From the IMG/VR virus record IMGVR_UViG_3300044620_000592, positions 32,001 through 96,000 of that record: a stretch of 64,000 bases of DNA. One strand, written 5' to 3'. This stretch comes from a virus. Below are positions 29,138 through 39,415 of this stretch, in pieces (the stretch's first letter is position 1; each line of letters begins with the position of its first letter). The position numbers and the translations under genes are program-made. Below the pieces are notes generated by a model. The model was not told where the DNA came from. It saw nothing but the letters and a program-made list of their open reading frames with translations, and ran no database searches.

Positions 29138-29304
29138 TAATCCTCCTTTTTAATTAATACACCAAACATATGAACAACAAAAGCAGCAACAGTTAGCCAC
29201 AATCCATAAGTTTGAGTTTTACCAGATAATGTAATTAAAACAATTACACCTCCGGATAATGTCCATGCCAAAGCATGGAGTTCGTTTAAGATTTTTTTAA
29301 ACAT
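29137..29304 (-). CDS. Small 2-TM membrane protein (55 aa, not in ORF track)
   Basis: MFKKILNELHALAWTLSGGVIVLITLSG..MFGVLIKKED*; TAATG overlaps at both ends. Confidence 0.65.
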   Translation of the reverse strand: MFKKILNELHALAWTLSGGVIVLITLSGKTQTYGLWLTVAAFVVHMFGVLIKKED

Positions 29305-30809
29305 TATTTTCTCCTTGATCGACTGCTACCTCGATCTCCATTTCCAGAACCACCATCTCCTGATGGTCCACCAGCACCTCCACCTGATGGCGCAGAACCG
29401 CCTCCAGAGGGCATGGGAGCCGTTGTAATCGTTGTTAACACCGTTGTTACGGCAATCAGGGCTCTTCTTGCTTTTACATCTATCTCAGAACCTGTAGGAA
29501 CATAATCATCAAGCCCCTCTCCAAAGATGTCAATTTCTGTTTCAAATTCTTCTTTGATGTCATTTGGGGCATTCGTCAGGGCTTCAACAAGGGCATTCTC
29601 TTGCTCTAACGACAAGTCAGAAACTGTTATCTCAGCAAAAATTTCCCCGGCTTGCTCTGGAGTGATGCTCTCCAAGACTTTTTCACTTGTCGCAAGTTCA
29701 CTTGCTTGATCTGAAGACAGTTCAGAGTCAAGAATTTTATCAACAATATTTGCTACTTCTTCTTGCGATACTGAATCTGAATCAATAGCACTTATAACTT
29801 CAGTAACCTGCTCATCATTTAGCCTTTCATTTGAATTAAGTATCTCAATAACTTCTTGAACAATAGCTGCTGTTGGAGCAATTGTTGTTGTCGTAGTTGT
29901 AGTAGGTGCTACTGTTGTAGAAACGACTGTGGTTGTTGTAGTTGTTGGAATTGGCACAGTTGTTGGAGCAATTGTTGGAAATACAAAAACACTTGTAGTT
30001 GTAGGCGGTATAGTTGTTGTTGATGAAGTTGTTGTGCTTGTGGTTGTTGTGGTTGATGTTGTACTTGTGGTTGTCGTAGGGATTGGCAAAGTCAATCCAG
30101 ATACCTCATTGCTCCAACCCGAATAGACCGGAATAGAGTCGTTATCAGCACGAACTTTAAACTTATATTCAGTATTTGGTGCAAGATCCTCAACGACTGT
30201 AGATGTTTGAATGGATGACGCTGCCCAGCCAGTAAGCCAATTGTCATTTGAGAAAAAAACAGCATATCTTTCCACCTGTACATTGGATTGTTCTGGGGCA
30301 TCCCATGATAAATAAACTTTGTTTTGGTTTGTAGATGTGACTATAAGATTCTGTGGACTATTCAAATATGGAGCAATAGTGGTTGTAGTTGTACTGCTCG
30401 TTGTGGTGCTTGAAGTTGTTGTTGATGGAATTTGAGTTGGTACCGAGTCGGTTTCAATATCGTAGAAATTTCCATACCACCTATTAGGGTCTCCACAGCA
30501 AACACCTGTGCGTAAACGATAGGTTCCAGATTCTTGCACATTATAAGAAATATAGGAATCTAAACCAAAATGGTCATCATTCGCAGCTAACAGCCCGTCA
30601 TTGCTGTCGTAAAGCCAAAACATGCTGTCAATCCCGTATTGCTGAGCGGTTGCTCGCACGGTGAAGGTTGTTCCAGATTCAAGTTGGAAATAAAAATCTC
30701 CAGCACTTTCAGTTCTAAAAGTCTCGGCTTTGGCGGGGCTTGAAAAGAAGGATAAGATTAATATAGGTGCTAATAACCATGAGCCTTTTTTAAATCTTAA
30801 TCTTCTCAC
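29304..30809 (-). CDS. Exported protein: signal peptide, PPC-like domain, FN3 domain, Thr-rich linkers, acidic helical region, C-terminal hydrophobic segment
   Basis: PAKA cleavage site; DSMFWLYD..ANDD; LSWDAP..LAPNTEYKFKVRA; poly-Thr runs. Confidence 0.75.
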   Translation of the reverse strand: MRRLRFKKGSWLLAPILILSFFSSPAKAETFRTESAGDFYFQLESGTTFTVRATAQQYGIDSMFWLYDSNDGLLAANDDHFGLDSYISYNVQESGTYRLRTGVCCGDPNRWYGNFYDIETDSVPTQIPSTTTSSTTTSSTTTTTIAPYLNSPQNLIVTSTNQNKVYLSWDAPEQSNVQVERYAVFFSNDNWLTGWAASSIQTSTVVEDLAPNTEYKFKVRADNDSIPVYSGWSNEVSGLTLPIPTTTTSTTSTTTTTSTTTSSTTTIPPTTTSVFVFPTIAPTTVPIPTTTTTTVVSTTVAPTTTTTTTIAPTAAIVQEVIEILNSNERLNDEQVTEVISAIDSDSVSQEEVANIVDKILDSELSSDQASELATSEKVLESITPEQAGEIFAEITVSDLSLEQENALVEALTNAPNDIKEEFETEIDIFGEGLDDYVPTGSEIDVKARRALIAVTTVLTTITTAPMPSGGGSAPSGGGAGGPSGDGGSGNGDRGSSRSRRK

Positions 30810-30833
30810 ATAACAATAATACTAGATTATTGA

Positions 30834-31166
30834 TTAAGCGGAATACTCAACTCCACTAATGGTAAAAGTACATTTATTATTGGCATTTACAACATGAATT
30901 TTATATCCAGAGTCTAAAACTGTTGTTGTATCAACAGAAACAGTCTCACTAGCGTTAATTGTAAAAGATTTAAAGAGTGCATTATTATTTCCAGGAGTTC
31001 CAGAAGGAGTTAAGATGTGCATATCAAATAATACAGAAGCACCTGTCGTATTGCATATAGTAATTGTTTTTAAGATTGTATAAGAACCTGTGTCTGTTGA
31101 CACGGTATAAACATTGGATGCTGTATCGTTTCCAATATATAAAGATTTTGGTGTTAAATTAGCCAT
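30834..31166 (-). CDS. Small beta-sandwich virion protein
   Basis: VYTV..ILKTITICN..TISGVEY. Confidence 0.6.
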   Translation of the reverse strand: MANLTPKSLYIGNDTASNVYTVSTDTGSYTILKTITICNTTGASVLFDMHILTPSGTPGNNNALFKSFTINASETVSVDTTTVLDSGYKIHVVNANNKCTFTISGVEYSA

Positions 31167-31510
31167 TAGACCCCCATCCAGTTAAGTATTTGATTATCAT
31201 ATACAGTTGTATTCATTGATTGAACAGTAGTCGCATCAAGAACATGATCTACTAATTCACCAACTGTATGATCTATTGCAGTTGTGCCATCGTAACCTCT
31301 GCTTAAAACAGTAAATGTATTAGCACTTCTGCTTGATATTAAAACCTTTTCTTCATATGGGTTTCCACGACCTATTGACACAACGAAGCTGTTTAAATCG
31401 CCAGATGGAAATGTTGAGCCATCTGTCACAGAGAAAGATGTAGCGGAGTTTGAAATATTCGCACTTAAAGCCTGTGCAACAACTGCACCAGCAAATTCTC
31501 TTCTTTCCAT
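31166..31510 (-). CDS. Structural protein
   Basis: EEKVL..RGYDGTTAIDHTVG motif. Confidence 0.6.
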   Translation of the reverse strand: MERREFAGAVVAQALSANISNSATSFSVTDGSTFPSGDLNSFVVSIGRGNPYEEKVLISSRSANTFTVLSRGYDGTTAIDHTVGELVDHVLDATTVQSMNTTVYDNQILNWMGV

Positions 31511-31518
31511 ATTACCTC

Positions 31519-31905
31519 TTAGTCAATTGTGATATCAAGATCGCCAGTTGCAACTCTAAGAGTGTCACCAGCGTCAAGAACTTTGTTTGCAGTTAATGTT
31601 CCGTAAACTAAAAGATTTCCACCTGTGCTGTTGTCCATGATTCCAATTGCAACGATTGTGCATGCTGGCATGTCAGGGAAATCAATGTTTGCATTGTTTG
31701 ATGTAGCACCACCGCTTGAGGCGGTAAAAAGACCTGCAAGGGCTTTTCTTGAATAAGAAGCACCAGTTGCTTCTGTGCCCGCTGTTGAATCAGTTGGAGC
31801 AGTTGTAAACAACGCTAGATGAGTTGTTGGCATTGTATATGATGTAGTTCCAACTACATGATCAAGAATTTTGTTTTCAGCATAATCGCTAAGGCTACCT
31901 GCCAT
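31519..31905 (-). CDS. Virion structural protein
   Basis: LSDYAENKILDH..LALFTTAPTD..GGNLLVYG..GDLDITID. Confidence 0.65.
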   Translation of the reverse strand: MAGSLSDYAENKILDHVVGTTSYTMPTTHLALFTTAPTDSTAGTEATGASYSRKALAGLFTASSGGATSNNANIDFPDMPACTIVAIGIMDNSTGGNLLVYGTLTANKVLDAGDTLRVATGDLDITID

Positions 31906-31907
31906 AA

Positions 31908-32231
31908 TTAATCCTCCTTAGAATTAAGATAATCTTCCAATTCTAACTGATCTGGAAGTCTGAAGTTTTCAAGGGTAAGAAGGAAAGCGGCCTCTGCTTC
32001 TGATACTTCTTGAATATTGTTTTGTCTTGTAAAATGAACTTCACCGGAAACATAAGATGCACCGCTCTCAAATATAACAACAACTTTGCCAGATTCAGTT
32101 TTAACTTCTTCAGCCTTTTTTTCGGCTTTGGCTTTTGGAGCAGCAGCTTTTTTGGCTGGTGCTTTCTTTACAGTGTTCTTTTCTTCTTTACCAGAAGTAA
32201 CATCTGTGCTTTTAATAACATTATCACTCAT
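31908..32231 (-). CDS. Hypothetical protein with KKAPAKKAA low-complexity segment
   Basis: Start re-called at MSDNVIK; upstream part overlaps the MCP terminator. Confidence 0.6.
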   Translation of the reverse strand: MSDNVIKSTDVTSGKEEKNTVKKAPAKKAAAPKAKAEKKAEEVKTESGKVVVIFESGASYVSGEVHFTRQNNIQEVSEAEAAFLLTLENFRLPDQLELEDYLNSKED

Positions 32232-32264
32232 AGGTAATAGATTACCACATATGTTTAAATAATG

Positions 32265-32296
32265 CGAGAAGGAGAGGATTTCTCCTCTCCTTCCGC
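32265..32296 (-). terminator. Terminator hairpin after major capsid gene
   Basis: gaaggagagga-tttc-tcctctccttc inverted repeat. Confidence 0.6.
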
Positions 32297-32317
32297 ACAC
32301 ATTTTTAGTTATGAATA

Positions 32318-33349
32318 TTAGAGGCTACGAAGCTTAACATTCTTACCGATTACATAAGAATCAGCATTTTCAATGTTAGATCCAACTCTCATGAATTGTG
32401 TATATTCAATCGTGTCGGTCTTTGGCTTGAACTGACGGTAAACGGTAATGTCACGGTGGATACCAATGATGCGGTTGTTAGGGAATGTTAATTCAACATG
32501 ACCATGTGAACCAGCAGCACCAGAGTAATCACCAGATACTGTTTCTGGCATCAAAGGAACTTCAAGCAATGGAATACCGAATGGTGCGATACCAGTTGAA
32601 CCTGGACCGCCATTTGCTCTCATAGCTCCCTGAAGGAATGCCATATCACCAACGGTAGATGCTGGTGATGGTGCGCCTGCTGTTGCAGCAGTTGCGGAGT
32701 TTGGATTACCCAAGCTATAAATGGTGTCTTGCACAACACCCGAACCGGTGAAGAATCTCAATTCATTTCTGCGCTGGAGATACTTGGTTGGGAGGTTGCG
32801 GAGGATACGGTCGTATGTAGCGCGGGAAACTTGGTTTCCTGCCTCATCTACGGTACGGCCATTTGCCTTTGCAAGCTTGATAAAGCCATCAAGAGCCTTA
32901 ATAAGACCATTGTTGGAGGAGGTGTTACCATTGATGAACAAGTCGTCAAGGTCGTTGGCTGTCTGACGAGCCATAACCTGTGCGATGTGATCTTCAAGAG
33001 AAGCACCCTCGATGTTGTCCTCTAAGGACTCTGTTGACACAGCCCAATCAAGACGAAGCTTGACAGTGCTTAATGAAACCTTGCTGAATGTTACAGCAGC
33101 ATTGGTGCCATCGTCAGTTGCCTCGGTTGCCTTGGAAAGCAAACGAGTACCAACAGAAACCTTATCGATTTCCATTTGTGGTGTACGCATGCGAACGACT
33201 CTAGCGTTCTGCATGAGTACGGATTGGTCAATAACGTAATCTAAGAAGCGGTTGGACTGAGCTGGCTTTAACAAACCACCTGAATCATTGCCAACAACGC
33301 CCGTTGTTACTTCATTAGCCTTTGAAAGAATTTCTTCTTGTGATGCCAT
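32318..33349 (-). CDS. Major capsid protein (HK97 fold)
   Basis: 343 aa; GGLLKPAQSNRFLDY, SLEDNIEG, ANDLDDLFINGN. Confidence 0.9.
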   Translation of the reverse strand: MASQEEILSKANEVTTGVVGNDSGGLLKPAQSNRFLDYVIDQSVLMQNARVVRMRTPQMEIDKVSVGTRLLSKATEATDDGTNAAVTFSKVSLSTVKLRLDWAVSTESLEDNIEGASLEDHIAQVMARQTANDLDDLFINGNTSSNNGLIKALDGFIKLAKANGRTVDEAGNQVSRATYDRILRNLPTKYLQRRNELRFFTGSGVVQDTIYSLGNPNSATAATAGAPSPASTVGDMAFLQGAMRANGGPGSTGIAPFGIPLLEVPLMPETVSGDYSGAAGSHGHVELTFPNNRIIGIHRDITVYRQFKPKTDTIEYTQFMRVGSNIENADSYVIGKNVKLRSL

Positions 33350-33366
33350 ATATTTTTTCCTCCTAC

Positions 33367-34938
33367 TTATGACTTATAACCCAGGGCGCTAATAACGCTC
33401 TGTGGCAAATACATGTTTCCCCAGATAGAATCTGACTTAGCGAGCTCATCGCCCTCTTCCTCTTCTTCTTCCGGATCAACGCTTTTCTTGATAGCACCAG
33501 CGTCAGCAAACTTGCTGACTTGCTCTTCTGTTTCAGCGAGAGCCTTTTCTGCTGCTTCTAATTTTTCTTGAAGCTCAATTGTGTTGGCTTCAAAACCCTT
33601 TGCAATATTGTCGATCTTTTCGTTAAGCGAAGCCTCAACCTCTTCTTTGATAGAAGTAGCGAAGTTAGCCAGTTTGTCATCAACAACAGCACTAAGAGCA
33701 TCTTTAAGGACTTCAATATCCATATTTTCCTCCTGTGTGTTAATAGTAACTTCAACTTGGGTTGAAGCATCCTCTTGAACATCTGGGACAAGCCAATTGA
33801 CCATACGCTTTAAAAGCGATAATCTATTTATTTCTTGTTCATTCATGTTTAAGACCTTATCATAGTTTACATCATTCTGCAATGTTTCATCTTGCGTTTT
33901 AATGATTTCTACTAGTTCTTCCATTTTATAAGAACTCATTTCTTTTTTCTCCTTTTTCTTTTTTGGTGTTGTAGGTGTAATAAATTGATTACCCTGTGTT
34001 GGATTTTTAATTCCAGAACCCATACCGGAAGAAGTAACTTCTCCTTCCTTTTCCATTTCAGAATCAACAGACTTCTCTTTTGTGTTCTGATATCTCTCAA
34101 GGAGTCTTCTTCCTTTTGCTGCTAATTCCGCAGCGTCTTGAGCATTCTGAGGAACTGGTTCGCCCCATGCAGCAGCAGAAAGAGCCAATCTTGTTGGCTC
34201 TCCATTTGGCTTTTTCATTGGGCCAGATGGGTTTGTAAAAAATCTTGTTAAAAAAGAGCCTTTTCTACGCATTTTTTCAGGAGTATCTGCTCGCCCCTTT
34301 ACCCCTGGTTTAAGGTTTGCACCTTCTGTTTCTTTGAAGTGAGCACGACCAGCAGCGGTAAGTCCACCTTTTGGATCCTTGAGAGGGGCTTTTGCTTTTT
34401 CAATATCAAAATCAATTCCTTCAACAACATCAAGGATGTAATCCAAATTTCCATCCGTATCCATTTTGATAATGTCAACAGTCGCAAGCGCATTGGCTGG
34501 GTTGTCGACTAAACTCAACTCACCTAATGTATATTTTTTAATAACATTAACTGGTCTTCCTCTAAACATCTTTTCTGTAGACTCAGCCTTTTCCATAATC
34601 TTTCCACCAATAGAAAATGCTTGAAGAGTTCCATCGAGAATTTTTTCCCAAGTATCTTGGGCTCCCTTTGATATGTAAGCACTTACTTTAATAGCCTTAT
34701 ATCTTTCACCATCTTCAGATTCAATCTCAACTGGTTCATAACTAATAGCCTTGCCTACGGCAATGGGGTGGTGCATTTCTCGGATATTTCCACCCCAGTT
34801 TTTAAATGCCTCAAGAGAAGCATTGAATTCAACAATGTCTCCAGATTTATCAATATTATCAGCAGTTGCAATACCGCTTACAATTCTTTCCTCTTTTTTG
34901 ATCATATCAATTGGGAAAGATAAATTAAAGTTTTCCAT
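33367..34938 (-). CDS. Prohead maturation protease-scaffold fusion with inserted basic (DUF6321-like) domain
   Basis: IREMH (His), FSIGG (Ser), ELSLVDNPAN; coiled-coil acidic C-terminus; insert KDPKGGLTAAGR..RRKGSFLTRF. Confidence 0.85.
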   Translation of the reverse strand: MENFNLSFPIDMIKKEERIVSGIATADNIDKSGDIVEFNASLEAFKNWGGNIREMHHPIAVGKAISYEPVEIESEDGERYKAIKVSAYISKGAQDTWEKILDGTLQAFSIGGKIMEKAESTEKMFRGRPVNVIKKYTLGELSLVDNPANALATVDIIKMDTDGNLDYILDVVEGIDFDIEKAKAPLKDPKGGLTAAGRAHFKETEGANLKPGVKGRADTPEKMRRKGSFLTRFFTNPSGPMKKPNGEPTRLALSAAAWGEPVPQNAQDAAELAAKGRRLLERYQNTKEKSVDSEMEKEGEVTSSGMGSGIKNPTQGNQFITPTTPKKKKEKKEMSSYKMEELVEIIKTQDETLQNDVNYDKVLNMNEQEINRLSLLKRMVNWLVPDVQEDASTQVEVTINTQEENMDIEVLKDALSAVVDDKLANFATSIKEEVEASLNEKIDNIAKGFEANTIELQEKLEAAEKALAETEEQVSKFADAGAIKKSVDPEEEEEEGDELAKSDSIWGNMYLPQSVISALGYKS

Positions 34939-34980
34939 AAAGACCTCGTAATCTTAAATTATACACTATAAAGCGTATCT

Positions 34981-35247
34981 TTAACCAAAAGCCATTACAG
35001 CGATTGTTACGCCAGATGTAATTACTTGAAACTTTGTATAGTCTCCATACAATTCAACATAGCCAGCATTGCCTTCGGCAGTTGAGGGAATTAGTACCCT
35101 CAATGGTCCACCATTGACTTCGACAACAGCATCTGTTGCATTGCTTGCATTGTAAAATTTAATAGAAGATGTATGTCTTCCAACACTTACTTCACCATCG
35201 GTGCTTGTAACACTTGTGTCTGAATAGACTAAAGTTTGTTCACTCAT
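34981..35247 (-). CDS. Small structural protein
   Basis: Start re-called at MSEQTLV; between portal and protease. Confidence 0.55.
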   Translation of the reverse strand: MSEQTLVYSDTSVTSTDGEVSVGRHTSSIKFYNASNATDAVVEVNGGPLRVLIPSTAEGNAGYVELYGDYTKFQVITSGVTIAVMAFG

Positions 35248-36871
35248 TATTTTCTCCTTCAAATACCTTAACGGTATCTACATTATCGCCAGAATCTTGA
35301 TTCTGACCTCTTTCTGCTTGGTCTCCTGAGCCTTGAACACCAGGGGGTGTTGAACCTGCATCAGACCTAGATTTTGGCGGAAGTGAGGCAGCGTTGTTAG
35401 AATTACCTATCGGTGCGCCAGCAGCTTCCTTTTTAACATTTGTTGGGTATGGAAGAACATCATCTCCACTCTTGCGCTCTGGCAATCCAACCTTGCCTCT
35501 AACCTCGTTAGGTGACATAACCTCTGTTCTGAGATATCTGTCGTAGATTCTTGACTCCATCTCTTCATCCATAAGGTCAATCTTCTTAAGTTTAAATTGA
35601 AGTAAATCAGTAAATTCAGCAACAATTCTATTAATCTTCTTTTCAATTACCGCTTGGTCTGGACCAATAACCTGCATCTTAAATGTCTTATCAGCATCTC
35701 TTGAAACAGCCAAGTTTGCGTTATCGTAGACACCGACTTTTGGAGCAGGAACTCTGTTTGCAACAAGTATTTCATCACGGTTTGATTTGCGGTATTTGTC
35801 AAATGAAGCATCCTGAATACCGGCCTCAAGTTTTTCAAACTTAATATCAGTATCTGAACCTACAGATGCAGGGATTGGAATAATCAATGTTCCATGATTT
35901 CGACCCTTAACTTCATTTCTAAAATAGTTAACAAGCTCTTGTTTTGAGCGTTGACTAATCTTTGCACCTTTTAGAATGATTGCATAACGAGGAATTGCCT
36001 TGTTTTCAAAGTAGTCAATATTGTATTCTTTTGCAAACTTATCTCCAACAATCGCAGCAGCAGCTGACACTGCCGATGGAATCCCGTAATATGTGTGATT
36101 TGGAGAATACATTTTAAAGTGAATAATCTCGTTAGGATTTGGATCCATGTTGATTGGGTCTTCAGTTTCTGTATCTTGGAAGTTTCTAAAATACACTGCC
36201 TGAATCTTATTGCTTCTAGAAATCTGAACATAGCCATCACGATTTCTTCTAACGCGAACCATTGTGCCGGGTATATGACCTATATAACCAATCTTTCCAG
36301 CGTTATTGCGACCAATTTCTAAATAGCCATTGCCAATGGTAAGAACATCTTGCCAAACGCGAACCATAGTTTCAATAAGGGTTTCTTCAATGTTAAGATT
36401 TTCAAATATCTCATCAAGATCTTCTTTTAAATCCTGCATTTGTCTTCTTGTTCTATCGAGTTTTGCTCTGTCGTCTTGGACTCTTTCAATTTTTCTTTTT
36501 GCTTTTAATGTTTCATTAAACTCAAAACCAAGACCAACAGTGTTCATAACTCTTGCGTTAATTGCAGCATAGTGAATTGAACTTTGATCATATAGATGAG
36601 CAAGATTGTCTAAATCATATGGAGGATTAATAATATCCCAAAGAGAATATCCATTAACAACTAATGGATCAACATATTTAGTCTGTGTGCCATCTGTGCC
36701 CTCATATTTTTTCTGAAGGCGTGATGCTTTTCTCTTCATTCTTGGAGAAAGAGAATCAATCTTTACATTTAAGAAGGGGTCTGTAATTTTCTTCTCAACC
36801 TCAAAAGAGCTATAAGAAATATCATCAAGCTCCTGTGATTCTTCTTCTTGTACGACTTCCCATTTTTGCAT
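35240..36871 (-). CDS. Portal protein
   Basis: 543 aa; GNGYLEIGR, EIIHFK..YYGIP, YFENKAIPRYAIILKG, MSPNEVR. Confidence 0.9.
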   Translation of the reverse strand: MQKWEVVQEEESQELDDISYSSFEVEKKITDPFLNVKIDSLSPRMKRKASRLQKKYEGTDGTQTKYVDPLVVNGYSLWDIINPPYDLDNLAHLYDQSSIHYAAINARVMNTVGLGFEFNETLKAKRKIERVQDDRAKLDRTRRQMQDLKEDLDEIFENLNIEETLIETMVRVWQDVLTIGNGYLEIGRNNAGKIGYIGHIPGTMVRVRRNRDGYVQISRSNKIQAVYFRNFQDTETEDPINMDPNPNEIIHFKMYSPNHTYYGIPSAVSAAAAIVGDKFAKEYNIDYFENKAIPRYAIILKGAKISQRSKQELVNYFRNEVKGRNHGTLIIPIPASVGSDTDIKFEKLEAGIQDASFDKYRKSNRDEILVANRVPAPKVGVYDNANLAVSRDADKTFKMQVIGPDQAVIEKKINRIVAEFTDLLQFKLKKIDLMDEEMESRIYDRYLRTEVMSPNEVRGKVGLPERKSGDDVLPYPTNVKKEAAGAPIGNSNNAASLPPKSRSDAGSTPPGVQGSGDQAERGQNQDSGDNVDTVKVFEGENNE

Positions 36872-37209
36872 TAAATAATCCTTTTATGAGCAAAGTGAGC
36901 ATCAAGATAATCTTCAAATGGGTCTGCGACTAGACCATTTGATAATCTTTCTGCTTGGTCATCTCTTTCTGATGCAGAAATTTTTCTAGCACCGGCAACC
37001 CAACTAGCATGACCGGAATCAGAACCAGTCCAATATCGAGCAGCTTCAGCGACTTTTTTTTCAATTATCGGATCATTCATCAATCCCTCAGCACAAAGAA
37101 CACCATCACCGTCTGATAAAGGAAGACCGTCTTCCATAATCCAAACGCATACGCCATATGCTCTTTCGGGAACCCAAATTTTTTTATCCTTGATAATATC
37201 AAAACTCAT
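36871..37209 (-). CDS. Conserved hypothetical protein upstream of portal
   Basis: 112 aa; GVCVWIMEDG..DQAERLSNGLVADP. Confidence 0.6.
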   Translation of the reverse strand: MSFDIIKDKKIWVPERAYGVCVWIMEDGLPLSDGDGVLCAEGLMNDPIIEKKVAEAARYWTGSDSGHASWVAGARKISASERDDQAERLSNGLVADPFEDYLDAHFAHKRII

Positions 37210-37271
37210 ATGTGTACAATTCTACATCACTTTTAATAAATTATCTACACACAGATGACACTTTTGAATCA

Positions 37272-39344
37272 TTATTGCGAAATGTTGTCTTTAATAAGTT
37301 TAATTTCGCAAGAATCTGTTGTGCAATATGCCTCACCAACTGCGTCAGCAGCCATACCAGCGTAAACACCAGCAAAGTCAATTGGGAATAAATCTAATGT
37401 TTCTTTAGAATATTCCTCCTCTGTAATTTGAGTATAAGGCATTTGAGGGTATGTAAAGTTTCCAGATGGAAGGAATGAAACAGTTTTAAGTTGTCCATCA
37501 TACATATGAAGTACAGTACCTACATATTCTTTTTCAGTTTCTGAGTCAAATGAGATAGTTACTGATACTGAGTTATCTGACCAATACCTCTGAGCTACAG
37601 ATGCAATTGCCATTTTTTCAAAAATAGTAACATCTTTCTCTGCTCGCTTAGCGTCAGATTTAATTGGGAAGAATACAACACTTGTTGTGTCTGGTGATTC
37701 AGATGCAGGCTCCACTCTATAATTAGCCATTTTAAACAGCGGAAGCATTGGGTCATCATTGCCAAATCGAATAGCGCGAAGGAAATACTTACCACCCGGA
37801 GTCCAATGGACACCTGGAGATTCACCGGCCAAGATTGAAACCGTGCCAGATGGCTTAACGGTTGTCATCTTGATTGATTCACGAATGCCAAACCACTCTG
37901 AGTACACATTGTCATATCTCTTAACAACCTCATAGCCTTGGTCCATCCATTCACGAAGTACAGGGATTCCATGAATATCAGCAAAGTTTGCAATACCAGA
38001 CATTGATGCACCAATACGGCGATTTCTCTGCATGATTGCATTTGTCTTTTCCCAGTGAGTAGGAAGTAGTGTTACAGTCTTTGCATAGAGATATGCGAAT
38101 TTCAAAGTGCGCTTATAGTCCTCAAGTGACTCATGACGATTTAAATAAGTCTCAACGAGCGTACAGCACTCATACGACTCAAGCGACTGCTCAGCACAGG
38201 GGTTATATCCAGCAACACGCCAGTCCTTGTTGTTTGGTGGATCAATAAGACGACCATACTTACGAGACATATCCATCCAGATAACACCTGGCTCTCCATT
38301 AAGAGCAATGCCATCAACAATGTTTGAAATATCTGCACCGACTGTTGTTTCAATTGAATTGTTACTCATCCAACCCCAGCCTGGATTTTCTGGATCATAG
38401 GAGTTTCTTTCTGGGTATACTTCTGAGTTTTTAAGATTTAATGTTTCAGGTGTGTTTCGACCAATAAACAATTCTGCCGAACGGCGAACATTGCCAGAAA
38501 CAACACAAACTCCAATGAGATTTCCCAAGTCTGCAATATCAACAGTCGTTAACTTTTCACCAGCACGACCTTCAAACTTTTTCTTAATTGCATTGTGCAG
38601 TTTGATTAAAGGCTCTGGACCAGAAGCAGTTCCACCGAAAGTTGCAATAGGTGAACCATAAGGGCGAATAAGGCTATAGTCAAAGTTGATAGGGCTTTGA
38701 TCAGGCTTAAGATATGAGTTGATCAAATCCCCAGTTGCTCTTGCCCAACTCTCACGATCATCAGCAATAATGTCAAGAATAGGAGTTTTTTTTGGCTCAT
38801 AGATTGTAAATTCTTTATCAGAGCCTTTATCGTCAAAGCCAACACCAATTCCAAGCATTGATGCTTCCATCAAGAATGTAAAAGGCTCTGCCGGATTATC
38901 TTTGCTCATTTCAGATGTAGATACAAAAGCACAGTTCTGAAGAGCTGCTGAGTTCTTGTGAACATTGACAAGTGGAGTTCCCATAATCCAAAGACCACGA
39001 CCGGGGGGTGTCCACTTCAAGTTGAAAAGGCGATCAAAGGCCTCTTTTGCACTAGCCTGAGCCTTAACCCCATTCCAAGGAAGACGATTTTTTTTGCAAT
39101 GATCTTTTTGCAATGAGTACATTCCATTAATGACTCTTTCGCAAACATCAACCCAAGTCTCTTTTGCTCCGTCAGCTTTCTTGCGAGAATATGTACGAAG
39201 GAAAGTAATCTCTCCAACAGAATTCCCTGCTGCGTCTCTGTAGCCAAAAGGCGCAGTTTTATCATTGTACGATGAAACAAAATCATCGCTCAATTTAAAT
39301 GAAAAAAGAGGCGTTGAAGCCTCTGAAAAATGTGTAGTAACCAT
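37272..39344 (-). CDS. nrdJ: Class II (adenosylcobalamin-dependent) ribonucleoside-triphosphate reductase
   Basis: RTYSR, PPGRGLW, GNVRRSA, NPCAEQSLESYECCTL, TVKPSGT, C-terminal CTTDSC. Confidence 0.93.
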   Translation of the reverse strand: MVTTHFSEASTPLFSFKLSDDFVSSYNDKTAPFGYRDAAGNSVGEITFLRTYSRKKADGAKETWVDVCERVINGMYSLQKDHCKKNRLPWNGVKAQASAKEAFDRLFNLKWTPPGRGLWIMGTPLVNVHKNSAALQNCAFVSTSEMSKDNPAEPFTFLMEASMLGIGVGFDDKGSDKEFTIYEPKKTPILDIIADDRESWARATGDLINSYLKPDQSPINFDYSLIRPYGSPIATFGGTASGPEPLIKLHNAIKKKFEGRAGEKLTTVDIADLGNLIGVCVVSGNVRRSAELFIGRNTPETLNLKNSEVYPERNSYDPENPGWGWMSNNSIETTVGADISNIVDGIALNGEPGVIWMDMSRKYGRLIDPPNNKDWRVAGYNPCAEQSLESYECCTLVETYLNRHESLEDYKRTLKFAYLYAKTVTLLPTHWEKTNAIMQRNRRIGASMSGIANFADIHGIPVLREWMDQGYEVVKRYDNVYSEWFGIRESIKMTTVKPSGTVSILAGESPGVHWTPGGKYFLRAIRFGNDDPMLPLFKMANYRVEPASESPDTTSVVFFPIKSDAKRAEKDVTIFEKMAIASVAQRYWSDNSVSVTISFDSETEKEYVGTVLHMYDGQLKTVSFLPSGNFTYPQMPYTQITEEEYSKETLDLFPIDFAGVYAGMAADAVGEAYCTTDSCEIKLIKDNISQ

Positions 39345-39415
39345 GTCAACTCCTAAATATATGTAAAGACAATACTACCAAAAGAAGTTCATGCTCGCAC
39401 TAGATAATGCTTGGG

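Noticed and set aside
747-38661. Numerous 60-185 aa plus-strand and off-frame ORFs overlapping structural genes (e.g. 10097..10654, 17048..17521, 26670..27074)
   Set aside because: They are antisense or alternate-frame shadows of well-supported minus-strand genes, with no SD or recognisable motifs.
37272-39344. Intein or intron in nrdJ
   Set aside because: 690 aa is normal for a monomeric class II RNR; motifs are contiguous and no splice-junction or homing-endonuclease signature is visible.
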